Source of the DNA: Xanthomonas campestris pv. campestris str. ATCC 33913 | GTDB lineage: Bacteria; Pseudomonadota; Gammaproteobacteria; Xanthomonadales; Xanthomonadaceae | Direction of reading: 5' to 3' | Assembly (NCBI RefSeq): GCF_000007145.1 | Contig: NC_003902.1 | Span: 2,636,497-2,668,496, forward strand | DNA length: 32,000 nt | Shown: one piece after another, positions 18,533 to 27,554 of the stretch | How positions within the stretch are numbered: position 1 is the stretch's first letter | How the letters are laid out: every line of letters starts with the position of its first letter | The notes under the pieces: generated by a model | Databases searched by the model: none | What the model was told of the DNA's origin: nothing | Seen by the model: only the letters and a program-made list of their open reading frames with translations | Program-made: the position numbers and the translations under genes

Positions 18533-18814
18533 GTGGCATATCATTGGCAAGTGATCGGACGCCTGCTCATCGCGCTGCTGCGCTTCTACAAGCGGTTCAT
18601 CAGCCCCCTGCTGGGACCGCGCTGCCGTTTTGCGCCCAGCTGCTCGGAGTATGCGATGACTGCCATCGCCCGCTTCGGTCCGCTCCGCGGCAGCTGGCTG
18701 GCTGCACGCCGCTTGGGCCGCTGCCATCCGTTCCATCCGGGCGGGTTCGACCCCGTTCCCGATGCGCCCACATCTTCCCCCTCTTCCTGCCGCTGCAAAG
18801 GACCCCATCCATGA
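18533..18814 (+). CDS. yidD: membrane protein insertion efficiency factor YidD (93 aa)
   Basis: [31 protein letters not shown]...[13 protein letters not shown] matches the YidD family. The GTG start at 18533 is uncertain; an alternative GTG lies at 18551. The stop overlaps the next start (ATGA at 18811-18814). Confidence 0.8.
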
Positions 18815-20160
18815 GCCGAACCGTCATCGTCAACGCCCGCCTGGTCAATGAAGGCAAGGAGTTCGACGCCGATCTCCTGATCGAAGGCGGCCGCATCGCC
18901 CGCATCGACAGCCATATCGCACCGGCTGCCGGCGACACCGTGGTGGATGCGGCCGGCCGCTGGCTGCTGCCCGGGATGATCGATGACCAGGTGCACTTCC
19001 GCGAGCCGGGCCTGACCCACAAGGGCGACATCGCCACCGAATCCGGTGCCGCGGTGGCCGGTGGCCTGACCAGCTTCATGGACATGCCCAACACCAATCC
19101 GCCGACCCTGAACGCCGACGCGCTGCAGGCCAAGTACGATGCGGCCGCCGGGCGCGCCTGGGCCAACTACGGCTTCTACATGGGCGCCAGCAACGACAAC
19201 CTGGCCCACATCCAGTCGCTGGACCCCAAGACCGCACCCGGCATCAAGGTGTTCATGGGCGCCTCCACTGGCAACATGCTGGTGGACAACCCCGAGACGC
19301 TGGATGCGATCTTCCGCGACGCCCCCACGCCGATCATCACCCACTGCGAAGACACCCCCACCATCGATGCCACGATGGCCGCCTACAAGGAAAAGTACGG
19401 CGACGCATTGACTGCCGAGATGCATCCGGACATCCGCTCGCGCGAAGCCTGCCTGAAGTCCTCGCAGCTGGCGGTGTCGCTGGCGCGCAAGCACAACACC
19501 CGCCTGCACGTGCTGCACATCTCCACCGCCGATGAATTGATGCTGTTCGAAGCCGGCCCGCTGGTGGATGCCGATGGCAAGGTGCGCAAGCGCATCACCG
19601 CCGAGACCTGCATCCATTTCCTGCGCTTTGACCGCAGCGATTACGCGCGCCTGGGCAACCTGATCAAATGCAATCCCGCGATCAAGGATCCCGAGGACCG
19701 CCTGGCATTGATCGAGGCCTTGGCCGAAGACGTCATCGACGTGCTCGCCACCGATCATGCCCCGCATACCTGGGACGAAAAGCAGAAGCCGTATGCGCAG
19801 GCACCCTCGGGCTTGCCGCTGGTGCAATACGCGCTGGTCGCCGCGCTGGAGCTCGTGCATGAAGGCAAGCTGCCGATCACCCGCGTCGTGCAGAAGTTTG
19901 CGCATGCGCCGGCGCAGTTGTTCGACGTGGAGCAACGCGGCTTCCTGCGCGAAGGCTACTTCGCCGACCTGGTGCTGATCGACAACAGGCCGTTCACCGT
20001 CAAGCGCGAACAGGTGTTGTCCAAGTGCGGCTGGTCGCCGTTCGAAGGCACCACCTTCCGCTCACGCATCGCTGCAACCTGGGTCAACGGCCAGCAGGTG
20101 TGGGATGGCGAACAGCTGGTGGGCAGTGCCGCCGGCCAGCGCCTGACCTTCGACCGCTGA
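18811..20160 (+). CDS. pyrC: dihydroorotase-type cyclic amidohydrolase (449 aa)
   Basis: ORF 18544..20160. I chose the ATG at 18811 ([15 protein letters not shown]...). Amidohydrolase motifs are present: [29 protein letters not shown] and ATDHAPH. Confidence 0.82.
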
Positions 20161-21005
20161 TGCGTGCACTGCTGATGGGCGCGGCGCTTGCGCTGGCGCC
20201 GTGCACATTGCTCACGGTGCCGGTGTCTGCGCAGGAGCCCGCCGCTGCAGACGGGCGCGTGGTGTTTCCGGCCAGCGCCTCGCAAGGGGCGATGGTGATC
20301 GGCAAAGTGCCGGCGGGCAGCCGGGTCGAGTACGCCGGCCGCGCGCTGCGCGTGAGTGGTTACGGCAGCGTGGTGTTCGGCATCGGCCGTGACGCCACCG
20401 GCCCGTTGCAGGTGCAGATCACCCGCGCCGATGGTGGAAAGGAGACCGCAACCATCGCGGTCACTCCGCGCGACTGGCCGGTGGAGCGCGTCAACGGCGT
20501 GCCGCCAAAGACCGTCAACCCACCACCGGCCATTGCCGAGCGCATCAAGCGCGAGCAGGCGCAGGTCACTGCCGCACGCGATCGCGACGACCCACGCGCC
20601 GATTTTGCGCAGCCCTTCGTGTGGCCGGTACAGGGCCGCATCAGCGGCCGCTTCGGCAATGCGCGCGTGTATAACGGCCAGCCTGGCGCCGGTCATTCGG
20701 GCATGGATATCGCCGTGCCCACCGGCACGCCGGTCAAGGCGCCCGCCGCTGGCGTGGTGACCTTTGCGGCACCGGATCTGTACCTGACCGGCGGCACGTT
20801 GCTGCTTGACCACGGCTTCGGCATCAGTTCGAACTTCCTGCACCTGTCGCGGATCGACGTGAAGGTAGGCGATCGCGTGGAACAGGGCCAGGTCATCGCC
20901 GCGGTGGGCGCCACCGGGCGCGCGACCGGGCCGCATCTGCATTGGGGGATGAATTGGTTCGATGTGCGTATCGACCCCTTGTTGGTGCTTGAGCGCGGGA
21001 AGTAA
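20160..21005 (+). CDS. M23 family metallopeptidase, exported (281 aa)
   Basis: The ATG at 20160 overlaps the preceding TGA by 1 nt. A signal-like N-terminus is present ([25 protein letters not shown]). M23 motifs GHSGMDIA (HxxxD) and PHLHW (HxH) are present. Confidence 0.86.
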   Translation: MRALLMGAALALAPCTLLTVPVSAQEPAAADGRVVFPASASQGAMVIGKVPAGSRVEYAGRALRVSGYGSVVFGIGRDATGPLQVQITRADGGKETATIAVTPRDWPVERVNGVPPKTVNPPPAIAERIKREQAQVTAARDRDDPRADFAQPFVWPVQGRISGRFGNARVYNGQPGAGHSGMDIAVPTGTPVKAPAAGVVTFAAPDLYLTGGTLLLDHGFGISSNFLHLSRIDVKVGDRVEQGQVIAAVGATGRATGPHLHWGMNWFDVRIDPLLVLERGK

Positions 21006-21024
21006 GTGCCAGTGGGCGGCTTTT

Positions 21025-21140
21025 CCCTTCTCCCCTCGGGAGAAGGTGGCGCGTAGCGCCGGATGAGGGTGCGGCTGCTACTGGTTAACTGAGTAACCGT
21101 ACCCTCACCCCAACCCCTCTCCCGGGGGGAGAGGGGCTTT
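21025..21140. repeat. REP-like composite palindromic element, copy C (subtype 2)
   Basis: cccttctcccctcgggagaagg / tggcgcgtagcgccg / gatgagggtgcg...ggttaact.ag.aaccgtaccctcac / cccaacccctctcccggggggagaggggcttt. Confidence 0.8.
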
Positions 21141-21203
21141 CACTTGCCGGCAGCGAAGCGTGTCGTCGACGATTGCGTACAATTGTTGATTGATCGAATG
21201 CCT

Positions 21204-21261
21204 GGGCTGTGGGCTGTGGGCTGTGGGCTGTGGGCTGTGGGCAGTGGGCTGTGGGCTGTGG
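21204..21261. repeat. heptanucleotide tandem repeat, 8 copies of GGGCTGT (one GGGCAGT variant) plus a partial unit
   Basis: I counted the units directly from 21204 to 21259, followed by a partial gg. Confidence 0.93.
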
Positions 21262-21325
21262 CAATGCCAGCGTTTGCGCATCAAGCGCTCAACCCGTGCA
21301 CGCTCACAGCCACCCGTGGACACCT

Positions 21326-21440
21326 CCCTTCTCCCGCCGGGCGAAGGTGGCGCGTAGCGCCGGATGAGGGCGCGCCGGCTGCTGGTTAACTAAGCAACCG
21401 TACCCTCACCCCAACCCTCTCCCGCAGGGAGAGGGGCTTT
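21326..21440. repeat. REP-like composite palindromic element, copy D (subtype 2)
   Basis: It is near-identical in layout to copy C and lies 301 bp downstream in the same orientation: cccttctcccgccgggcgaaggtggcgcgtagcgccggatgagggcgcg...ggttaactaagcaaccgtaccctcaccccaaccctctcccgcagggagaggggcttt. Confidence 0.8.
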
Positions 21441-21598
21441 CAGCAATTGCGGCCGCACAGCGGCCTGTCGGTGATTCCACCCACTTGTCGGTTGATCGAA
21501 TGGATTTGCTGCGCGTGCGAGGCTATGCGGCACTAAAAGCGTGAGCCAACGACACGCTAGTGCCACTGCGCGAGCACAGGGCAGACATGCTGAACTCG

Positions 21599-21623
21599 CA
21601 GACCAGACCAGACCAGACCAGAC
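21599..21623. repeat. pentanucleotide tandem repeat (CAGAC)x5
   Basis: cagaccagaccagaccagaccagac, read directly from the sequence. Confidence 0.88.
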
Positions 21624-21887
21624 CGGGAACCGGGAGCTGGGCCTGTCTCTCTGGAACCTGAGGTCAAGCATCAGGAAAGTTAATAAAGATCGCAACGCCA
21701 CCACGTTGCACCACACCTACCCGCTGCGCTTGTGTCCGTCGCCGGGCTTTGGGGTATAACCGGGAGAGCGTCGATCATTGCCGGTGACAGCGGCCGATCA
21801 GCCAGCGACGGTCAGTCCGTGTCGCGGCCCAGTCCTGGCAACCGACGCGCTTCGTCTCCCCTCCCCCGACTGCAGGAGATGTGCGAC

Positions 21888-23243
21888 ATGCGCAACGAGC
21901 AACTCAAGCCGACCCTGGGCACCTGGCAACTGTGGGGCATTGCAGTCGGGTTGGTGATCTCAGGCGAATATTTCGGCTGGAGTTATGGTTGGGGCACGGC
22001 CGGCACGCTTGGATTTCTGGTCACCACGGTGCTGGTGGCGGTGATGTACACCTGCTTCATTTTCAGTTTCACCGAACTGACCACGGCCATCCCCAATGCA
22101 GGCGGCCCGTTCGCCTACAGCCTGCGCGCGTTCGGCACCTATGGCGGCATGCTCGCCGGGCTGGCGACCTTGATCGAATTCGTGTTCGCGCCACCGGCCA
22201 TTGCCATGGCCATTGGCGCGTATCTCAATGTGCAGTTCCCCACGCTGGACCCACGCGTCGCCGCGATCGGGGCGTACGTGATCTTCATGAGCTTGAACAT
22301 CGTGGGTGTGGCGATCGCGGCCACCTTCGAGTTGATCGTGACCTTGCTGGCGGTGATCGAGCTGCTGGTGTTCATGGGCGTGGTGGCGCCGGGTTTCAGC
22401 GTGGCGCGCTTTGCCGCGAACGGCTGGGCCGGCAGCAATCAGTTTGGGCCAGCGGCGATCTCCGGCATCTTCGCCGCGATCCCGTTTGCGATCTGGTTCT
22501 TCCTGGCGATCGAGGGCGCGGCAATGGCCGCCGAAGAAGCCAAGGACCCCAAGCGGACCATTCCACGCGCCTACATCGCCGGCATTCTTACCCTGGTGGT
22601 GCTGGCGCTGGGTGTGATGGTGTTTGCCGGCGGCGTCGGTGACTGGCGCCAGCTGTCCAACATCAACGACCCGCTGCCGCAGGCAATGAAGGCGGTGGTG
22701 GGCAACAGCTCGACGTGGTTGCACATGCTGGTGTGGATTGGCCTGTTCGGTCTGGTGGCCAGCTTTCACGGCATCATCCTGGGCTATTCGCGGCAGTTCT
22801 TCGCGCTGGCACGCGCCGGCTTCCTGCCGCACGGGCTGGCGAAATTGTCGCGCTTCCGCACGCCACACCGGGCCATCCTGGCCGGTGGCGTGATCGGCAT
22901 TGCGGCCATCTGCAGCGACAGCGTGGTGAAGATTCAGGGCATGTCGCTGACCGCGGCCATGATCACCATGTCCGTGTTCGGCGCCATCGTGATGTATGTG
23001 ATGAGCATGCTCAGCCTGTTCAAATTACGCCGCACCGAACCCACGCTGGAGCGCAGCTTCCGTGCGCCCGGCTACCCGGTGGTGCCGGCGATTGCCTTGC
23101 TGCTGGCGCTGGTGTGCCTGGTGGCGATGGTCTGGTTCAACCCGCTGGTGGCGTTGGTCTTCGTCGGCCTGCTGCTGTTCGGTGCGGTGTGTTGCCTGCT
23201 GAGCTTGCGTGGCCGCCCCAACGCCGGGAGTCTCGCGGGATGA
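21888..23243 (+). CDS. eat: ethanolamine permease, APC superfamily (451 aa)
   Basis: ORF 21732..23243. I chose the ATG at 21888 because GGAG (21875-21878) lies 9 nt upstream. The translation MRNEQLKPTLGTWQLWGIAVGLVISGEYFGWSYGW is typical of Eat. The gene is followed by eutBC with a 4-nt overlap. Confidence 0.87.
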   Translation: MRNEQLKPTLGTWQLWGIAVGLVISGEYFGWSYGWGTAGTLGFLVTTVLVAVMYTCFIFSFTELTTAIPNAGGPFAYSLRAFGTYGGMLAGLATLIEFVFAPPAIAMAIGAYLNVQFPTLDPRVAAIGAYVIFMSLNIVGVAIAATFELIVTLLAVIELLVFMGVVAPGFSVARFAANGWAGSNQFGPAAISGIFAAIPFAIWFFLAIEGAAMAAEEAKDPKRTIPRAYIAGILTLVVLALGVMVFAGGVGDWRQLSNINDPLPQAMKAVVGNSSTWLHMLVWIGLFGLVASFHGIILGYSRQFFALARAGFLPHGLAKLSRFRTPHRAILAGGVIGIAAICSDSVVKIQGMSLTAAMITMSVFGAIVMYVMSMLSLFKLRRTEPTLERSFRAPGYPVVPAIALLLALVCLVAMVWFNPLVALVFVGLLLFGAVCCLLSLRGRPNAGSLAG

Positions 23244-24649
23244 GTGGATTTGCCTTCAGTGCCGGCGGCGAGCGCTTCCGCTTCGCCGATCTGAAGGACC
23301 TGCTGGCCAAGGCCACGCCCGCGCGCTCGGGCGATCAGTTGGCCGGGCTGGCGGCCCACTCCGAATTGCAGCGTGTCGCCGCGCAGATGGCGCTCGCGGA
23401 GCTGCCGCTGCGGCATTTCCTCGACGAGGCGGTGGTGCCGTATGAAAGTGATGAGGTCACGCGCCTGATCGTCGATCAGCACGATGCTGCCGCGTTTGCG
23501 CCGGTGGCGCACCTCACCGTTGGCGGGTTTCGCGATTGGCTGCTGGGCGCGCAGGCCGACGACGCCGCGCTGGCGGCATTGGCACCGGGGCTGATGCCGG
23601 AAATGGTGGCCGCCGTCTCCAAACTGATGCGGGTGCAGGACTTGATCCTGGTCGCGCAGAAAACCCGCGTGGTCACCCGCTTCCGCAACACGCTGGGGTT
23701 GCGTGGCCGCCTGTCCACGCGCCTGCAGCCCAACCATCCCACCGACGATGCCACCGGCATTGCCGCCAGCGTGCTGGATGGCCTGCTGTACGGCAACGGC
23801 GATGCGGTGATCGGCATCAATCCGGCCAGCGACAGCCTGGCCGCGACCACCGCGCTGCTGCGCATGCTCGATGCGGTGATCACTGGCTACGGCATCCCCA
23901 CCCAGGCGTGCGTGCTCGCGCATATCACCACCACCATCGATGCGATCAACCGCGGCGTGCCGGTGGACCTGGTGTTCCAGTCCATTGCCGGCACCGAAGC
24001 GGCCAACACCAGCTTCGGCATCAACCTGGCGTTGCTGCAGGGAGGGCTGGACGCGGGCTTGTCGCAACAGCGCGGCAGCGTGGGCAACAACGTGATGTAT
24101 TTCGAAACCGGCCAGGGCAGCGCGCTGTCGGCCAATGCGCATCATGGCGTGGATCAACAGACCTGCGAGGTGCGTGCCTACGCAGTGGCGCGCCAGTTCA
24201 ACCCGCTGCTGGTCAATACCGTGGTGGGCTTCATCGGCCCGGAATATCTCTACGACGGCAAACAGATCATCCGTGCGGGACTGGAGGACCATTTCTGCGG
24301 CAAGCTGCTTGGCGTGCCGATGGGCTGCGACATCTGCTACACCAACCATGCCGAAGCCGATCAGGACGACATGGACATGCTGCTGACCCTGCTCGGCACC
24401 GCCGGCATCAACTTCATCATGGGCATTCCGGGCTCGGACGATGTGATGCTCAACTACCAGACCACCTCCTTCCACGACGCGCTGTACGCGCGGCAGGCGC
24501 TAGGCCTGCGCCCCGCGCCGGAGTTCGAACACTGGCTGGACACGCAAGGCATCCTGCGCCTGCGCGATGGCCGGTTCGAATTGGGCAGTGAGATGCCGGC
24601 GCCGTTTCGCAAGGCGCTGTCACAGCTGGATGCGGAGCAACGCGGATGA
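23240..24649 (+). CDS. eutB: ethanolamine ammonia-lyase large subunit (469 aa)
   Basis: The ATG at 23240 overlaps the eat stop (ATGA). The translation [27 protein letters not shown]...[11 protein letters not shown] is EutB-like throughout. Confidence 0.93.
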   Translation: MSGFAFSAGGERFRFADLKDLLAKATPARSGDQLAGLAAHSELQRVAAQMALAELPLRHFLDEAVVPYESDEVTRLIVDQHDAAAFAPVAHLTVGGFRDWLLGAQADDAALAALAPGLMPEMVAAVSKLMRVQDLILVAQKTRVVTRFRNTLGLRGRLSTRLQPNHPTDDATGIAASVLDGLLYGNGDAVIGINPASDSLAATTALLRMLDAVITGYGIPTQACVLAHITTTIDAINRGVPVDLVFQSIAGTEAANTSFGINLALLQGGLDAGLSQQRGSVGNNVMYFETGQGSALSANAHHGVDQQTCEVRAYAVARQFNPLLVNTVVGFIGPEYLYDGKQIIRAGLEDHFCGKLLGVPMGCDICYTNHAEADQDDMDMLLTLLGTAGINFIMGIPGSDDVMLNYQTTSFHDALYARQALGLRPAPEFEHWLDTQGILRLRDGRFELGSEMPAPFRKALSQLDAEQRG

Positions 24650-25464
24650 GCACGCCAACCACACCACCTCGCGATGCGTGGGCACGCTTGCGAGCGCTGA
24701 CACCGGCCCGCATCGCGTTGGGGCGAGCCGGCACCAGCCTGCCGACCGCTTCGCATCTGGAGTTCCAGCTTGCGCATGCGCAGGCGCGCGATGCCGTGCA
24801 CCTGGCGTTCGACCCTGCGCCGTTGCAGGCGGTGCTGCAGCAGCGCGGCCGCCGCAGCGTATTGCTGCATAGCGCGGCATCCGACCGTCATCTTTATCTG
24901 CAACGGCCCGACCTGGGCCGCCGCCTGAGCGATGAGGCGGCCGAACAACTGCGTGGCACGACCGCCGTGCATGGCGGTGGCGCGGATCTGGCGGTGGTGG
25001 TGGCAGACGGCCTGTCTGCACTGGCGGTGCATCGGCATGCAGGCGCGATGCTGGAGCAGATCGATGCGCTGGCTGCGCACGAAGGATGGTCGTTGGCGCC
25101 GGTGACCCTGATTGCGCAAGGCCGTGTGGCGATTGGCGATGAGGTGGGCGAACTGCTGCAGGCGCGAGCGGTGATCGTGCTGATTGGCGAGCGCCCGGGG
25201 CTCAGCTCGCCGGACAGCCTGGGGCTGTATCTCACCTATGCGCCGCGTGTTGGCCATACCGATGCGGCACGCAACTGCATTTCCAATATCCGTGGCGAAG
25301 GCCTGAGCTATGCCGAGGCTGGCCACAAGCTCGGGTACCTGCTGCGCGAGGCGTTCAGACGCAAACTCTCTGGCGTGCAGCTCAAGGACGAAGCGGATCG
25401 CCCATTGCTGGGCACCGATACCGCATCGCAAGCGGCGCCGCGCAACTTCCTGCTGCCTGAATAA
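24646..25464 (+). CDS. eutC: ethanolamine ammonia-lyase small subunit (272 aa)
   Basis: The ATG at 24646 overlaps the eutB stop (ATGA). The translation [25 protein letters not shown]...[16 protein letters not shown] is EutC-like. Confidence 0.9.
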   Translation: MSTPTTPPRDAWARLRALTPARIALGRAGTSLPTASHLEFQLAHAQARDAVHLAFDPAPLQAVLQQRGRRSVLLHSAASDRHLYLQRPDLGRRLSDEAAEQLRGTTAVHGGGADLAVVVADGLSALAVHRHAGAMLEQIDALAAHEGWSLAPVTLIAQGRVAIGDEVGELLQARAVIVLIGERPGLSSPDSLGLYLTYAPRVGHTDAARNCISNIRGEGLSYAEAGHKLGYLLREAFRRKLSGVQLKDEADRPLLGTDTASQAAPRNFLLPE

Positions 25465-25469
25465 ACGAA

Positions 25470-25515
25470 GAGCGCATGGCGCTGCCTGAATCGGCGGCGC
25501 CATGCGCTCGTTTCC
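25470..25515. terminator. bidirectional hairpin terminator between convergent eutC and the small minus-strand ORF
   Basis: A 13-bp perfect stem, gagcgcatggcgc (25470-25482) / gcgccatgcgctc (25497-25509), is followed by gtttcc on the plus strand. On the minus strand it is followed by ttcgtttatt. Confidence 0.72.
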
Positions 25516-25539
25516 AAATCACCAAGCTGATACGCGCGC

Positions 25540-25830
25540 TTACTTGAGCGCGCCATCCTGCGGATCGCTGGCCGCATAGGTGCTGGTGGGCAATTCGTTC
25601 TCGTGCGGTTTGCGCAGCGCGTCGCGCACTGCTTCGGGGAGCTGTTCCACGTCCAGCATCACCTTGCCAGAATGCACATCGCGCACCACCGAGGTGGCCA
25701 CGGTGACGTCGCCACCGTTTTCGATATTGATCACCAATTCGGCCCCGTTGCTGCGTACTTCGCGCACCGCGCCAACGCCCACTTCGCCATCGCGCAAGAA
25801 CACCATCTGGCCTACTTCAATCTGCTGCAT
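25540..25830 (-). CDS. small conserved hypothetical protein (96 aa)
   Basis: ORF 25540..25881. I chose the ATG at 25828-25830 because aggagaag lies 6 nt upstream. GC3 is high. The translation is MQQIEVGQMVFLRDGEVGVGAVREV..., and I do not recognise a function. Confidence 0.6.
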   Translation of the reverse strand: MQQIEVGQMVFLRDGEVGVGAVREVRSNGAELVINIENGGDVTVATSVVRDVHSGKVMLDVEQLPEAVRDALRKPHENELPTSTYAASDPQDGALK

Positions 25831-25923
25831 CGTGCTTCTCCTGTAGCGCACCGCGTGGCTGCTGCGGCACTGGTGGCGCATGATCGCGCTGCGGCACGTT
25901 CTGGCGAAGTGAAGCGCACGTGC

Positions 25924-26799
25924 TCACGCCGTGGGCGCGTGTTGCAACGCGGCCGCAGGCAAGTGTGCGGGCAGCCCGGCGACGCGCTCGAATTCCACGA
26001 CATCGTGCGAACAAAACACCTCCACCTCCGCACCGTGCTGTTGCCGCAGTGCGCGCAACCGTTGCTGGTTATGCAGCCTTGCAGTGCGGTCCTTTTCCAG
26101 CATCCATTGATAGAAACGCAGCCCGGGCGTGCAGTAGGGTTGCGGGTCCATTTCGCGGTGATAGAAATACGCATCGCCGGCGAGCAGCAGCCAACGCTCA
26201 GGGGTGCGCACCGCAACAGCGGCATGCCCGAAGGTGTGGCCGGGCAGCGGCACCAGCAGGATCTCTGGCGGTAGCCCTTGTAGGTCGTGGACGCACTCCA
26301 GGCCCATCCAGGCCGCGCCGGCGGTGCTGTCATAGGTGCGCCATTGCCCCCGTGTGGACCATTGCTGCGGGCGAAAGCGTTGCCGGTCCATCCAGGTGTG
26401 CTGCGCCAGCGCGGCATCACGCTCACGCGTCATCAGATGCACGCGCGCATGCGGAAAATCATCCAGCCCGCCAGCATGGTCGAAATCCAGATGGGTGAGC
26501 ACGATATGCCGCACATCGCGCGGGTCGAAACCCAAGCGCTGGATCTGCCGGATCGCCGTCATGTCTTCGCGCAGGTCCGGTTTCACCAACGCCAGAAAGA
26601 ACGCGCTTAGCCGCGCACGTGGCTCGGCGACATCCCGCAGCCCGAAGCCGGTGTCAATCAGGACCAGACCGGCATTGGTTTCCACCAACAGGCAATGGCA
26701 GCTCAGGTGGCCGCGCTCAAGCACGCCATGCGTGCGTCCATCCATCAGGTGGCCGCCCAGCGGGCAGGTGGAGATGCAGTTGAGGTGGTGCACGCGCAT
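25924..26799 (-). CDS. MBL-fold metallo-hydrolase (291 aa)
   Basis: ORF 25924..27018. I chose the ATG at 26797-26799 (MRVHHLNCISTCPLGG) because GGAG lies 7 nt upstream; an alternative ATG lies at 26850. The metal motif reads THLDFDHAGG, with PGHTFGH downstream. Confidence 0.8.
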   Translation of the reverse strand: MRVHHLNCISTCPLGGHLMDGRTHGVLERGHLSCHCLLVETNAGLVLIDTGFGLRDVAEPRARLSAFFLALVKPDLREDMTAIRQIQRLGFDPRDVRHIVLTHLDFDHAGGLDDFPHARVHLMTRERDAALAQHTWMDRQRFRPQQWSTRGQWRTYDSTAGAAWMGLECVHDLQGLPPEILLVPLPGHTFGHAAVAVRTPERWLLLAGDAYFYHREMDPQPYCTPGLRFYQWMLEKDRTARLHNQQRLRALRQQHGAEVEVFCSHDVVEFERVAGLPAHLPAAALQHAPTA

Positions 26800-27065
26800 C
26801 GGCACGCTCCGCGCTTGGCGGGCCAGCATTGCAAGGACGTCGTCGCTCATCGGTGAGCGATGCAGCGACGACGGCCGCCACGCACACACTGCTTTGACGG
26901 CTGTGTGTGCGTGCCAAGAGCAGCGATCAAAACGACTGCGCAGCTGCCAGGCGGGCGCGGCCGATGCTCGGAGTTGGTATATACCCACGTACACTCCGAT
27001 TCTTCCACGCGGCCGCATCCACCTGACGACTGCTCGCTACGTTCCGTTAGGCGCTCCAGGGCACC

Positions 27066-27554
27066 TCAGCGCAGCGGGACGTCTGCCACCTTGTCCTGGT
27101 AGTCCTTCTTCGGGTCCACGCCGAGCAGCACCTTGATACCGGCCAGCAGGCTGGAGCCGTTGAGCCAGATCTGCGCGTGATCGGCGTCCAGGCGCAGCAG
27201 CGCCAGCTTCGGATCGTCCTTGCCGCCTTCGTACCAGGCTGCGACGTACGGGTTCCACAGGCGATCGACCACGGCCGGGTCGGTGTCTTCGCGCAGCGAA
27301 CCACTGATGCTGGCGAACAGGTCATGCCCCTTGCTGCTGAACGCACCGATCACGCGGCGGCCCTGGCCCAGCATCGCGATCAAGGCATTGTCCTTGGAAG
27401 TAAAGAACCAGATCGGGCCACCACTGTCGCCTTCGATCTGCGCGGTCATCGGGCGCGCATGGCCGTCTTCGACGCCATCCAGGCCGAGCATCACGGTGCG
27501 ATCGGACTTGAGGGCTTTCCAGAATTTGTCTTGCAGTTCTTTGGGATCTGCCAT
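27066..27554 (-). CDS. pyridoxamine 5'-phosphate oxidase-like / general stress protein 26-type protein (162 aa)
   Basis: ORF 27066..27938. I chose the ATG at 27552-27554 (MADPKELQDKFWKALKSDRTVMLGLDG...ARPMTAQ) because aggaat lies upstream. Only the C-terminal 162 codons look protein-like. Confidence 0.8.
   Translation of the reverse strand: MADPKELQDKFWKALKSDRTVMLGLDGVEDGHARPMTAQIEGDSGGPIWFFTSKDNALIAMLGQGRRVIGAFSSKGHDLFASISGSLREDTDPAVVDRLWNPYVAAWYEGGKDDPKLALLRLDADHAQIWLNGSSLLAGIKVLLGVDPKKDYQDKVADVPLR

Noticed and set aside
21105-21716. ORFs 21105..21323 and 21390..21716 (minus) and 21144..21389 (plus), with HSPQPTAHSPQPTA-type repeats
   Set aside because: Their sequences are simply translations of the REP elements and the heptamer array, with no start context or coding bias.
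21540-21887. Possible adenosylcobalamin riboswitch upstream of the B12-dependent eut genes (a GCCACTG string at 21561-21567, and AGTCCTGGCAACC resembling a B12 box)
   Set aside because: The conserved elements are not in the required order or spacing. There is no GGGAA...GGTG..AA..CC core ahead of GCCACTG, and the B12-box-like string matches only a few positions. I judge this a chance resemblance; a covariance-model scan (Rfam RF00174) would settle it.
18586-25503. Long minus-strand ORFs opposite pyrC, the M23 peptidase, eat, eutB and eutC (18586..19935, 19956..20942, 21960..22868, 23072..24475, 24454..25503)
   Set aside because: They are antisense shadows of motif-bearing plus-strand genes, with no independent support.
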